In this document: positions 43,227 through 53,073 of the stretch, piece after piece
Position numbering within the stretch: position 1 is the stretch's first letter
How the letters are laid out: each line of letters begins with the position of its first letter
Assembly (NCBI GenBank): GCA_963780185.1
Contig: CAWABA010000001.1
Span: 96,001-160,000, forward strand
Direction: 5' to 3'
DNA: 64,000 nucleotides
Source: Candidatus Bathyarchaeota archaeon
Lineage (GTDB): Archaea > Thermoproteota > Bathyarchaeia > Bathyarchaeales > Bathycorpusculaceae
Made by a program: the position numbers and the translations under genes
Notes under the pieces: generated by a model
Told to the model about the DNA's origin: nothing
Databases searched by the model: none
The model's input: only the letters and a program-made list of their open reading frames with translations

Positions 43227-44384
43227 TTAAATAAGCTCTTCGTATATTTCCACGAGACGTTCAACGTTTCTGTCCCAGCTGTATTTTTCTTCAACCGCAG
43301 CTCGAAGCTCCGGCTTACGAGAAGATAAATCATCACTTGAATATTCAAAGATTGCTTTCGCCATAGGCTCAGGCTGGTTGGGCGGCACAAGAGCACCGAA
43401 GTCATCAGTCAAGATTTCGCGGATTCCGCCAACGTCCGTGGCTACAACTGGCAAGCCGCAAGCCATGGCTTCCAGCGCAACCAAAGGCAAACCTTCCCCG
43501 GATTTAGATGGCAACACAAAAAAGTCAGCCGCGTTATAGCAAAACGGCAAATCCTCATCGCTGACAAACCCGGCAAGCCGAAAGTTCTTTTCTATCCCTA
43601 ACTCCCGAATTCTGGTTTGAACGCCGTTTTGGTCGGGTCCTTTTCCAACGACGAGGAAAACAACGTTCGGGTTCTTTTTGATGGCGAGGTTTGCGCTTTC
43701 AATAAGGGTGTCGATGCCGTTCTTGTAAACCAGACGCCTCACAGTTATCGCTACCTTTGCGCTCTTCGGAATCCCAAATTTAGCTCGCATTTCCTCCCGT
43801 TTTCCCGGCAGATGCCTGAAATGCTCCAAGTCAACGCCGTTGTGGAGGACTTTGATTTTGTCTGGTTTTGCACCTAAGCTTAGGACGTACTCTTTAGTCG
43901 CGTTGCTTACAGTAATTATTCTGTCAGCTTCCCTGAGTGTCTCTTTCCCAACGGCTAGGTCGTTGAGGCGCTCGACGTTGTCAAACATGCTGTCGTACTG
44001 GATGAACGTGTTATGCTGGGTTAAAACGAAGGGCTTGTGGTATCTTTTGGCAAGTTTAGCGGCGATAAGCGAGGTTAGGTAGGGGTGACCGTGCGCGTGG
44101 ACTATGTCGCTGCCTTTTACGGCGCTGAGGAAGGTTCCAAGGCTTGTCGGCGTCGGGATAGAGTAGGGTATGCCGAGGCGGAAGCCCGTGTTTAGAGACT
44201 CATAGCATTCGACAGGTATGCCATCAACTACGTAGGTTTTTGGGGTGTCGATGCGGTTTGTAACAACCGTGGGTTTAAAGTTCAGGTTCATCAGCCGTTT
44301 GCTCTGTTCATAAACAACCCTTTCTATCCCGCCAACATGGGGCAGAAAAGTATGCGTAACAATGCACAGCCTTGTTTGAACCAT
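43227..44384 (-). CDS. GT4 glycosyltransferase
   Basis: FLPHVGGIE, HNGVD, EGLPLVALEAMACGLPVVATDVGG. Confidence 0.9.
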   Translation of the reverse strand: MVQTRLCIVTHTFLPHVGGIERVVYEQSKRLMNLNFKPTVVTNRIDTPKTYVVDGIPVECYESLNTGFRLGIPYSIPTPTSLGTFLSAVKGSDIVHAHGHPYLTSLIAAKLAKRYHKPFVLTQHNTFIQYDSMFDNVERLNDLAVGKETLREADRIITVSNATKEYVLSLGAKPDKIKVLHNGVDLEHFRHLPGKREEMRAKFGIPKSAKVAITVRRLVYKNGIDTLIESANLAIKKNPNVVFLVVGKGPDQNGVQTRIRELGIEKNFRLAGFVSDEDLPFCYNAADFFVLPSKSGEGLPLVALEAMACGLPVVATDVGGIREILTDDFGALVPPNQPEPMAKAIFEYSSDDLSSRKPELRAAVEEKYSWDRNVERLVEIYEELI

Positions 44385-44804
44385 GGAGCCCAACAGCGTA
44401 AACTCCCAGCCAACATACGATAATAAGCTTTCTGGTAAATCTGCAGACAAGTGTTGCCGTCGGGAAATTTCAAATGGAAACATTTAATTGAAATCGGCGT
44501 TTTGCATCGAATTTTTTCTTGTATGTTTGTTGGCTGCTTAAACCGTAATGCTTATATGAAAAGGTTGGATAAACCAACCAAACATGGAATTGATAATTTG
44601 CTGAACATCGAGAAAAAATCGCTTGTTCGAGTCAAACTTCTATCGAAGGGCAAGTTATCTGCATATTTGACTGCCAAAACCCTATTTAGTTGTTCACCCG
44701 TTTCTGGACTTTTTCCCCTTCAATCGTTTGCAAGTCACGTTCACCTTAAACCCGCACGGAATTCGGGGTTGAGGGTGAAGGACATTTAGGGAGGACAAAA
44801 TGAA

Positions 44805-45492
44805 ATGAAAGTTGTTGCTTCTTGGAGCGGCGGCAAAGACAGCTGCCTACGCATATTACTTGGCAACCCAGCAAGGCTGCGAAGTAGTCAAAATCTTGAC
44901 CATGATGATGAGCAAAGAAAAATCAAACTTCCACATGATACCAGCAGGCATCCTTGACGCCCAATCCGACGCAATAGGCATTCCCATAGTGAAACAGCAG
45001 GCAACTCCAAAAACCTACGAAGATGACTTCAAAGCTGCGCTGCGACAGTTCAAAGCCGAAGGCGCCGAAGGCTTAGTCACAGGCGACATCTACGAGGTAT
45101 CGGGGCATGAAGAGGGTTGGCTGGGCAGGGTACTTAAAGAAGTCGGGTTGAAACCGATTAAGCCGCTGTGGATGCTTGACACGAAGCAGATTTACCTAGA
45201 CTACTTAAAAACGGGTTTCAAAGCCACGGTGGTTCGCACTAACCTGGAGAAGCTGGGCGTGGAGTGGCTTGGGAGGGTGCTGGACAGAAAATTCTACGAC
45301 GACATCCTCAAACTCGGCAACGTTGACCCATGCGGCGAAGGCGGCGAATACCACACCGTCATCACGGATGGACCCACGTTTAAGAAAAAGATTGAAATCC
45401 TAGAAACACAAAAGCACAAGCTAGACGGCGGCTTCGGATGCCTCGAAATCAAAAGGTTCGAAGTCAAGCCGAAAGGCAAGGGTAAAGCGTAG
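44805..45492 (+). CDS. DUF71/Dph6-like ATP pyrophosphatase, cob-operon associated (frameshift near 44846)
   Basis: MKVVASWSGGKDSC read from ATG 44805; TGDI, PLW, WLGR, DPCGEGGEYHT. Confidence 0.85.
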
Positions 45493-45493
45493 A

Positions 45494-46595
45494 ATGGACC
45501 AATCACTCGACGTAATAATCGCGAATAACGAGTTGAAAGCGAAGGCTTTCCTCGACGAAATCTCAGGCAAAAACCCTCTTTTCATCTGCACAATAGCAAC
45601 AACTGAAACCGGCAAAATCGCGGGAATATCTGCGGCTGGTGCGAACCCTGAGTTCACGGATTATACTCCTCCCGCCGATGCTGAATTGCTCCTTCTTGGC
45701 AGATGCAAATCCATCAGCGGCGTCCCCATAACTCCTGACGGTATCCCCACGCCTGGGTTGATCACAAGGTCTGCTCTGCAGCTTGCCGACATTCCCGTGT
45801 TGATTGCCAGCGGCGGCGTTGAGGATAAAGCCGCAGATTCCCTTTTTGGATTTAGGCGGAAGTCCCGGCAGAGACATTCGAAGCGGCAACGCAGTTGACA
45901 ATGTTGCGGAAGTTATTGAACGAGCAAAGACTGCGGGGAAAAACCTCGCGAAAGCTGTGGATTACCTTGTGATTGGCGAGAGCATCCCCGGTGGGACAAC
46001 AACCGCGCTTGGCGTGTTGTCGGCGCTGGGTGTGAAGGCGGAGGGAAAAGTAAGCAGCACCTTGCCCAACAATCCCCATAGCTTGAAGGCTGAGACGGTT
46101 CGGGCGGGTTTGGCGGCTGCAGGCGAACGTTTCGGCAGTTTAGCCAAAGACCCTGTTAAGGCTATCTCCTGCGTTGGCGATCCGATGATGGCAGCGTTTA
46201 CAGGTTTGGTTGTCGGCGCGGCGGGGCAGGTTCCTGTTTTGATGGCGGGTGGAACGCAGATGAGCGCTGTTTTAGCCCTCATTAATGCTTTGCAGCCCGA
46301 TGTTCTCTGCAACGTGGCGGTTGGCACGACCCGGTGGGTTGCAAAGGACAAGTCGTCTGACCTCAAAGGCATAGTGAAGCAGTTCTGTGATGTGCCGATT
46401 TTAGCCGCGGACCTGAACTTTGGCGGTTCACGTTTCCCAGGGCTGCAAATTTATGAGACTGGTTTGGTGAAGGAAGGGGTGGGCGCAGGCGGCGCTTCAA
46501 TTGCGGCGATGGCTAAGCTTGGCGGCGCTGTGACGGCTGACCTATTGCTTAAAGAGATAGAGCGCAATTATGGTTTGCTGATGGGTTTGAAGTGA
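45494..46595 (+). CDS. cobT: Archaeal nicotinate-nucleotide:base phosphoribosyltransferase CobT (frameshift near 45820)
   Basis: GISAAGA..YTPPADAE, PTPGLITR, GESIPGGTTTA, GGTQM, VKEGVGAGG. Confidence 0.88.
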
Positions 46596-46596
46596 G

Positions 46597-47370
46597 ATGG
46601 TTATTAAAGAGCTCAAGAACCTTCTGTCTTTCCTCACAATCTTTCCCGTAGCAATGGACAAGGACATGCTTACTGACTGCGCAAAAGGCATGTGGACTTT
46701 TCCGCTTATCGGCGCTTTCCTCGGTTTAATTGCAGGAGTTTTCGGCTGGGTAGCTGACCAATTTGTGCCAGGCATCGTTGTGGGCGCTTTGGTCTTGGCG
46801 GTTCTGCTGCTTATAACTGGGCTTCACCACACGGACGGGCTGCTGGATTTCGGCGACGGCGTCATGGCTCACGGCACACCCCAACACAAAATTGAGGTTA
46901 TGCATGACCAGCTAACAGGCGCAGGCGGCTTATCGTTGGGCATCATGACGATGCTGATTACCGCTTTAGCTATCGGGCAAATCAGCGGCAACGGACTCTT
47001 CAAAATCCCTCTAATCGTCGGCGGCATCATCGCCGTTGAGGCTTCAGCTAAGCTTTCGATGACCGTGATGGCTTGGGCTGGAAAATCGGTTCATCAAGGC
47101 ATGAACTCATCGTTCCTCGAAGCCATGAGCGGCAGCAAAGGCACCCTGCGTTTGGTCGCTGCGCTGGTGCTTTCTTTCGCGGTGGCTTTGCCTCTGCTGG
47201 GTTGGGCAGGCGCCTTCGTCGTTTTAACGGCTGTGGTTACGAGTTTGGTGATGGTTGCAGTTGCCCACAGAAACTTCGGCGGGGTCACAGGCGACGTTTT
47301 CGGAGCCACAAACGAGATAACCCGAATGGTCTGCGTGATTGTTTTGTTGGCGGTGGCTGCTTGGGCGTAA
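46597..47370 (+). CDS. cobS: Cobamide synthase CobS (copy 2, canonical)
   Basis: TGLHHTDGLLDFGDG, MHD..TGAGG, FGGVTGDVFGATNE. Confidence 0.9.
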   Translation: MVIKELKNLLSFLTIFPVAMDKDMLTDCAKGMWTFPLIGAFLGLIAGVFGWVADQFVPGIVVGALVLAVLLLITGLHHTDGLLDFGDGVMAHGTPQHKIEVMHDQLTGAGGLSLGIMTMLITALAIGQISGNGLFKIPLIVGGIIAVEASAKLSMTVMAWAGKSVHQGMNSSFLEAMSGSKGTLRLVAALVLSFAVALPLLGWAGAFVVLTAVVTSLVMVAVAHRNFGGVTGDVFGATNEITRMVCVIVLLAVAAWA

Positions 47371-47980
47371 CTGCGCTTGTGATGGCTGGCGGCAAAGGAA
47401 CCCGCATGCAAATCCGCGAGGAAAAACCCTTAATCAAAGTCTGCGGCAAACCCGTTATCGAATACGTGATTGCGGCGTTGCAGCACGCAAAGAAAATCAA
47501 CCGCATCATCGTGGCAACAAGTGCATGTACGCCTAAAACCGCCCATCACCTGAGCAGCTTTCCCGTGCAGGTGGTTGAGACGCCTGGGCAAAGACTATGT
47601 TTCGGACATGGGCTATGCGAGCCAAAACCTCAAACTCGGCGTTTTCTTAGCTATCGCGGCTGATTTGCCTTTGGTCACGGGCGAAGTGCTCGACGCAATT
47701 GTTGAACGTTACGAATGCTGCGGCAAACCCGCGTTGACCGTTGCGGTTCCCCTCGAAACTAAAGAGGCGGCTCGGAATGAGCGTAGAGTACTCGTTTAAG
47801 ATGGATGATAAAGACGTGGTTCCCGTCGGCATCAACGTGATTGACGGTCGCAAACGGTACGGCGACGAATGGCTCGACCAAGACATCTACCTGCTGGACC
47901 TAGAAGAACTCGCAGTCAACATCAACACCGTGCATGAGCTGCAACTCGCCGAACATTTACTTGCCAATCGGAAACAATGA
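47361..47980 (+). CDS. cobY: CobY (copy 2), two frameshifts
   Basis: ALVMAGGKGTRM..EKPL; YVSD; ADLP; PVGIN; NINTVHEL. Confidence 0.8.
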
Positions 47981-47984
47981 CTTT

Positions 47985-48074
47985 TTAGTTTTTTGAAGAT
48001 TTACTTTCCAGCACTTCCTTGAGCGTTTCTTTCATTTTCCGAGCGTCGATGTCCAGAATCGGGGATTCATGGAT
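47985..48074 (-). pseudogene. Displaced duplicate of the 3' end of nfo (att-like scar)
   Basis: Encodes IHESPILDIDARKMKETLKEVLESKSSKN* versus the nfo C-terminus ICESPVLDIDARKMKETLTKVLKE. Confidence 0.8.
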
Positions 48075-48273
48075 CAAGGCTTGTTAGCTAATGAAAGAGA
48101 GTAAATCCCTTTTGGGAGTCCATTGTCAATAGTTTCGGGTTGGTGGTGATAGTGGTGGTAATGGTCACAATAATGCTTTTAATCTGGGGTAAATGAATAA
48201 ACAGATGTGGTATGAGTTGGGCAATCAATATGATGGGAAGACTTAAAAGAAAGAATACATTATTAAGATTTAG

Positions 48274-48582
48274 ATGTTAAATATGCCTGTCAAAAGCATA
48301 GACGAGAAAAAACTCAATCTGATCGATGCATCAGAAGTCCCACCCGGAAGGATAAGAGTCACAAGATGGCAAGTTATTTTTGATGAGATTCCTGCGGGAA
48401 AGGCTTGGGTTGTTACTGAGAAAGAGATTAGTTTCACAGCTGTTAGATGTTCTCTTTATGAGCTTCAACGTAAAGGTCAATTTAAGAATCTTGCCGCGCG
48501 TAAGGTCAAGGAACCTGACGGTTCCTACAGGCTATACGTGATCAATACAACCGAGGTAAAACAAAAGAAGTTAGCAGTATAG
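48274..48582 (+). CDS. Small basic hypothetical protein (possible winged-helix DNA-binder)
   Basis: 102-aa ORF with AT-rich codon usage inside the insert. Confidence 0.55.
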   Translation: MLNMPVKSIDEKKLNLIDASEVPPGRIRVTRWQVIFDEIPAGKAWVVTEKEISFTAVRCSLYELQRKGQFKNLAARKVKEPDGSYRLYVINTTEVKQKKLAV

Positions 48583-48698
48583 TAACGGTAATCTCGGAAA
48601 CGGATGAGCGCCCAAACTGGTTGCGCCACATCTCGCGAATGCGGCGAGCAGGATTGAGATGGTTCACTCGATGTTCTCCGCTTTCGAGACTACCTTAC
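48582..48698. other. Structured ~115-nt element closed by a ~22-bp imperfect inverted repeat
   Basis: gtaacggtaatctcggaaacgga pairs with tccgctttcgagactaccttac; inner catctc/gagatg stem. Confidence 0.55.
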
Positions 48699-48743
48699 AA
48701 CTTACTATTATCTTTTGTAATCAGTTATAAAGCAAGTGCTCCT

Positions 48744-49630
48744 TCATTGCTTCATGCTTTTAAAAATGAGTCTTTCCTTTAGAACTTTCGTGAGCGTTTC
48801 CTTCATCTTCCTCGCGTCAATATCCAAGACCGGCGACTCGCAAATCATTGTCGGATGCATCTGGAAATCCGCGATAACTTCAGCCAGCATGCGGAAGTCT
48901 GGACCGTACTCTTCCTCGTCAAGGGTGTGATGTTTTTTTTCGCCTTGGGCGCTGTACTCGATTTTTGAGAAGTGACAATGCATGCTGCGCATCGCTTCAG
49001 TGCCGAGCCTCTCTTCGACTTTTTCCGCGATTGCCCTGAAATCCTCAGTTTTCTTCAAGGTCCCTTGGTGGAGGGCATGCAGGTGTGCCCAGTCAACGAC
49101 GAGTTGTGTGTCTTCGATTTCTTGGTTGAGCGTTAGGATTTCGTCTATGCTGCCGACTTGGAATTTTCTTCCCATGGTTTCGGGACCCAGCTTCACTTGA
49201 AGCCGAGGCTTCGCATTTCGGCGCTGACTTCTTTGAGTGCTTTGAGGCAGGTTTTGAAGGCGAAGTCTTTTTCGAATTTTCCGTGAAATCCCGTGTGGAA
49301 AACCATGACGTAAGCTCCCATCCAGTCCGCTGCGGTTGCAGAAGCGATTAGCCGCCGTTTGCTGGCTTCCACAACGTCGGGTTTGCCTGCGAAGTTGATG
49401 AAGTAGGAGCCGTGGAGGCTAAGCCGAACGTCGCTTTGTTTTGCAGCTTCCCCCAGCTTTATGGCGAGGTCTCTTGAAATCTGCGGTTTTGGACCCCAAC
49501 GCACTGCCTCGTACTCCAACGCATCCAAGCCTTCTTCACGCAGCAGTTTGGGCACGTCGGGCAAGTCTGCTCCCATAAGCCGAAACATCGGCGGCACGCC
49601 TGCGGGTCCAAAACGGGTACGCTCAGCCAT
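48744..49630 (-). CDS. nfo: Endonuclease IV (TIM-barrel AP endonuclease), frameshift near 49195
   Basis: RFGPAG, SLHGSYFIN, VFHTG, GPETMGR, DWAHLHA, HCHFSKIEY, ICESP. Confidence 0.88.
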
Positions 49631-49678
49631 CAAATCCCATCCTTCTCTTTTGGGTGGTCAATAAAGATTCCTTAACCG

Positions 49679-50035
49679 TTAAGTAACTATTCTTATTCTC
49701 TTTTTGCTGATAATAATTAGCTTGTTTCTTATTTCTTTGAGATCAATTTTTTGTTGAGCAATATTCAGAGTCTCTATGATATTTTCAGGAGTAGCAGGTT
49801 TTGCTCTTATGATTATTACCGTAATTTTATCTTTTTTGAAAGTCCGATAGATTTGTGAGAAGTCTTTATCCATGGTAATAATTGCTAAGTGGTTTTTTAA
49901 CGCGAATTGAGCTATAGCGAGGTCTTTGGTTCCTTTAAGAGGTGTTTGAGAGACACGTATAAGATCAAAGCCTTTCTTCAAAAGCCACTCTACGGCGTCT
50001 CTCGGAAGGCTTTCATCAACTATTAGCTGTGGCAA
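49679..50035 (-). CDS. DUF5615 PIN-like toxin
   Basis: LIVDESLP, D..I..A, ITMDKDF. Confidence 0.8.
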   Translation of the reverse strand: MPQLIVDESLPRDAVEWLLKKGFDLIRVSQTPLKGTKDLAIAQFALKNHLAIITMDKDFSQIYRTFKKDKITVIIIRAKPATPENIIETLNIAQQKIDLKEIRNKLIIISKKRIRIVT

Positions 50036-50051
50036 ATGTACGCAAGCTCTT

Positions 50052-50288
50052 TTACAATGTAATTGTCTCTTCGTTTTGCAAACATTTTGAGGCATAAAGA
50101 AGAGAGGCTTTGATGTCTTCACTTTTAATCGAAGGGTATTGCCTAAGAACTTCTTTTTCCGTCAAGCCATTACCGAGAAGTTCAATGATTAGATAAACTG
50201 GGATGCGTGTTCCCTTTATTACGGGTTTTCCAGCGAGGATTTCAGGGTCAATTACTATTCTGTCCATGACTTCTTCCATGAAATTCAT
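50052..50288 (-). CDS. DUF433 antitoxin
   Basis: IDPEILAGKPVIKGTRIPV...QYP.I..EDI. Confidence 0.9.
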   Translation of the reverse strand: MNFMEEVMDRIVIDPEILAGKPVIKGTRIPVYLIIELLGNGLTEKEVLRQYPSIKSEDIKASLLYASKCLQNEETITL

Positions 50289-50379
50289 CTTTCCTATCCA
50301 ACAGTTTTCCCGTTGATACTATTTAATGCTTGCAATAAATTTCAATTTTTCCCAGCAAATCTACAGCGTATGACGCTCA

Positions 50380-51163
50380 TTAGAGGAGATGGACGATTGT
50401 TGGGATGGGCACGTATAGGCGGATGTAGACGGATGCGACTATGATTCCGATGGTGATTGCCAGCAGGGCGTAGTCTCCTTTGTGGAGTTTTAGCGAGTAG
50501 AGGTTGGTGCGTTTTTTGGTTGCTCCCCAAGCTCGAGCTCTCCATCGCCTCCGCCAACTCGAGGCTTCTTCGGATCGCGCTGACGATAAGCGGGATAAGC
50601 ACGGGAATGTAGTTTCTAATCCGCTTCATCAAGCCGCCTTTCTCCAGCTCCAGTCCCCTGGCTTTTTGAGCATCCATAATCGTCTGGGCTTCCTCCGCCA
50701 GCACGGGCACGAAGCGGACTGCGGTGGTGAATGCGAAGGCGAATTCGTAGGGCACCCGCGATTCCTCCAGCGCCAAGCCCAGATGGTCTGGCGAGGTGGT
50801 TAGGAAGAAAACCGAGAAGGATTCTACAAGCACCACGAAACGCAGGGTCAAAGCCACCGCGCTTTCCACGGCAGGCGGCGTTACCTTGTAGCCTGCGTAG
50901 AAGAATGATGTGCCGACGTTGACGGCGAAGATGACTACTGCCAAGAAGGCGGCTCCCCGCAGGGAACGAAGCCACTGCCGCTGCACACGCGCAAGCAGCA
51001 CGAAGGGGATTTGCAGTACAAATAGGAAGAGCAGGGGGATGATTTGGGAGAAGATGATTGCGACGCTGAAGACGGCTATGACGTAGACGAATTTTACTCT
51101 GGGGTCCAAGTTGTGGATTGGAGAGTAAACTTTTCGGAACTTTAAGCCGTCGAAAACGCTCAT
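50380..51163 (-). CDS. ecfT: ECF transporter T component (frameshift near 50535)
   Basis: LDPRVK, RFVPVLAEE..IMDAQKARG, LAEAMES. Confidence 0.9.
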
Positions 51164-51984
51164 CGCTGTTTGCTCTCCTTGGCTTTGAGGATTATTTTTT
51201 CTGCTTCGTAAATGTCAATGACGTTTTTGGGGAACCCCAGCGGCGACAGCTTCGAGAAGACCTGCGCTATCTGAGGAAGAACAATCGAGGACTCCGCCAG
51301 AATCTGCGGGTTCGTCAGGATGTCTTTTCCTGAGCCTTCAGCAACGATTTTTCCTTCCTTCATCAAAACAACGCGGGGGTTGCATTCCGCGACGAACTCC
51401 ACGTCATGGGTAACTATTACTACGGTTTTTCCCTGCGACTGCATCTGCAAAATGAACTGGGTTAGCTTCTCTTTCTGCTCGTGGTCTTGCCCGATGGTGG
51501 GTTCATCCAGAATCAGCGTCTGCGGGTTCCATGCCAAAACCGAAGCCAACGCGACTCGTTTTCGTTCGCCTCCGCTTAAGAGGAAAGGCGACGTTTTGCG
51601 GTACTGCGTAAGTGACAGAAGCTCCAGAGCCCACGTTACCCTTTTCTCAACTACGTCTGGGGTGAACCCGAAGTTTTTGAGAGCAAACGCGATTTCTTCT
51701 TCGACGGTTTCGCTGAAAAGTTGATGGTCAGGGTTCTGGAACACAAAGCCGACGTTTCTTGCGAGTGTTGCGACGCTTGTTTTGGTTGTTTCAACCCCGT
51801 CCACAAGCACTTTTCCAGATGTTGGTTTCAGTAGGCCGTTGAAGTGTTTGACGAAGGTTGATTTTCCCGCCCCGTTTTGCCCCATTACCGCCAGGAACTC
51901 GCCGTCTTTTATGGTTATAGAGACGCCTTTGAGGGCTTCTACCTTGTTAGCGTAAGAGAAGTGAACGTCTTGTGCCTCAATCAT
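51160..51984 (-). CDS. ecfA2: ECF transporter ATPase
   Basis: GQNGAGKST, FQNPDHQLF, LSGGE, LDEPT. Confidence 0.9.
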   Translation of the reverse strand: MIEAQDVHFSYANKVEALKGVSITIKDGEFLAVMGQNGAGKSTFVKHFNGLLKPTSGKVLVDGVETTKTSVATLARNVGFVFQNPDHQLFSETVEEEIAFALKNFGFTPDVVEKRVTWALELLSLTQYRKTSPFLLSGGERKRVALASVLAWNPQTLILDEPTIGQDHEQKEKLTQFILQMQSQGKTVVIVTHDVEFVAECNPRVVLMKEGKIVAEGSGKDILTNPQILAESSIVLPQIAQVFSKLSPLGFPKNVIDIYEAEKIILKAKESKQR

Positions 51985-52833
51985 TTGGCTCCAAAAGCCT
52001 CCAACAGTTGGTCAGCTAACTCCTCCGAAGACAGGGGTGTGTTGTCGCCGAGGTTTAAGCCGTCTTTTTTGAGCAGTTGATAAAGCAGCGTTGCCTTGGG
52101 GATGCCCACCCCGATTAAACGGGTTTCTTCTGAGTTGAGGATTTCTCTCGGGTTGCCTTCGTAACAAACTTTTCCTTCATCCATAACGATAAGGTGATTG
52201 GCGTACTTCGCTGTCAAATCCAACCTGTGCTCAACAAGAACCACGGTTATTCCTTGTTTTCTGGTTTAAATCGTAAATGACGTCAAAAATTTTCTGGGCG
52301 CTCAACGGGTCAAGGAAAGATGTCGGCTCATCCAGAACGATGATTTCAGGCTCCATAGCTAAAACAGCTGCAATCGCCACCCGCTGCTGTTGTCCACCGC
52401 TGATTTCATGCGGAGACCGCTCACGCAAATCGTAAATGCCTGTCTGGTTAAGTGCCCAATCCACTTTTTTCCTCATTTCCTCTCTGGAGACCCCAAGGTT
52501 CTCCAATCCGAAAGCCACATCTTTCTCAACGGAGAGGGCGAACAACTGGTTTTCAGGGTTCTGAAACACCAACCCGACGCGTTTAGCCATCTCGAACGTG
52601 TGGCGTTTGAGTACATCTTCTCCTGCAACTGTAATTTCGCCTTTCAACTCACCCTGATAAAAATGCGGGACCAACCCGTTGAAGCATCGGCACAAAGTTG
52701 TTTTTCCGCAGCCGCTTGGACCCGTAATCAGCACGAACTCGCCCTTCTCAACCTTGATGGAGACGTCGACTATGGAGGGCTTGGCTGCGCCTGGGTACGT
52801 GTAGGTGAGGTTTTTGGTTTCGATTATCGCCAT
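51981..52833 (-). CDS. ecfA1: ECF transporter ATPase (frameshift near 52255)
   Basis: GPSGCGKTT, FQNPENQ, ISGGQ, LDEPT; continues in 51981..52244. Confidence 0.88.
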
Positions 52834-53073
52834 GACTTTGTGCCTGCATCCATAAGCGTTAACACCTGCTCATTTAAGCGTAACTACCCAAAAATGGCTA
52901 TTTTCTGACTTAGGGTTCTGGGAAATTCTCCAACAGTTGCTTCTCAATGTCACTTTTCGTCTGGAGGATTGCGCCCTGAATTAAGTTGTTGTATCCTTCT
53001 GTTGCCAACAAATCTTTATACTTATAAAACGCAGCTAGCAATTTAGAGTTAACTTATTTGTCGGCGGTTTTTT

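Larger units (their letters stand above)
48075..48845. mobile_element. Small AT-rich integrated-element remnant between the duplicated nfo 3' ends
   Basis: Flanked by direct, diverged copies of the nfo 3' end; AT-rich; one orphan ORF; no integrase. Confidence 0.55.

Noticed and set aside
44550-44804. Canonical cobalamin riboswitch
   Set aside because: No recognisable B12-box or conserved GGGAA/GCCACTG core; kept only as a weak structured-leader candidate.
48582-48698. Hammerhead ribozyme or tRNA
   Set aside because: cggatgag and gaaa are not in hammerhead order or consensus, and there is no cloverleaf or T-loop motif.
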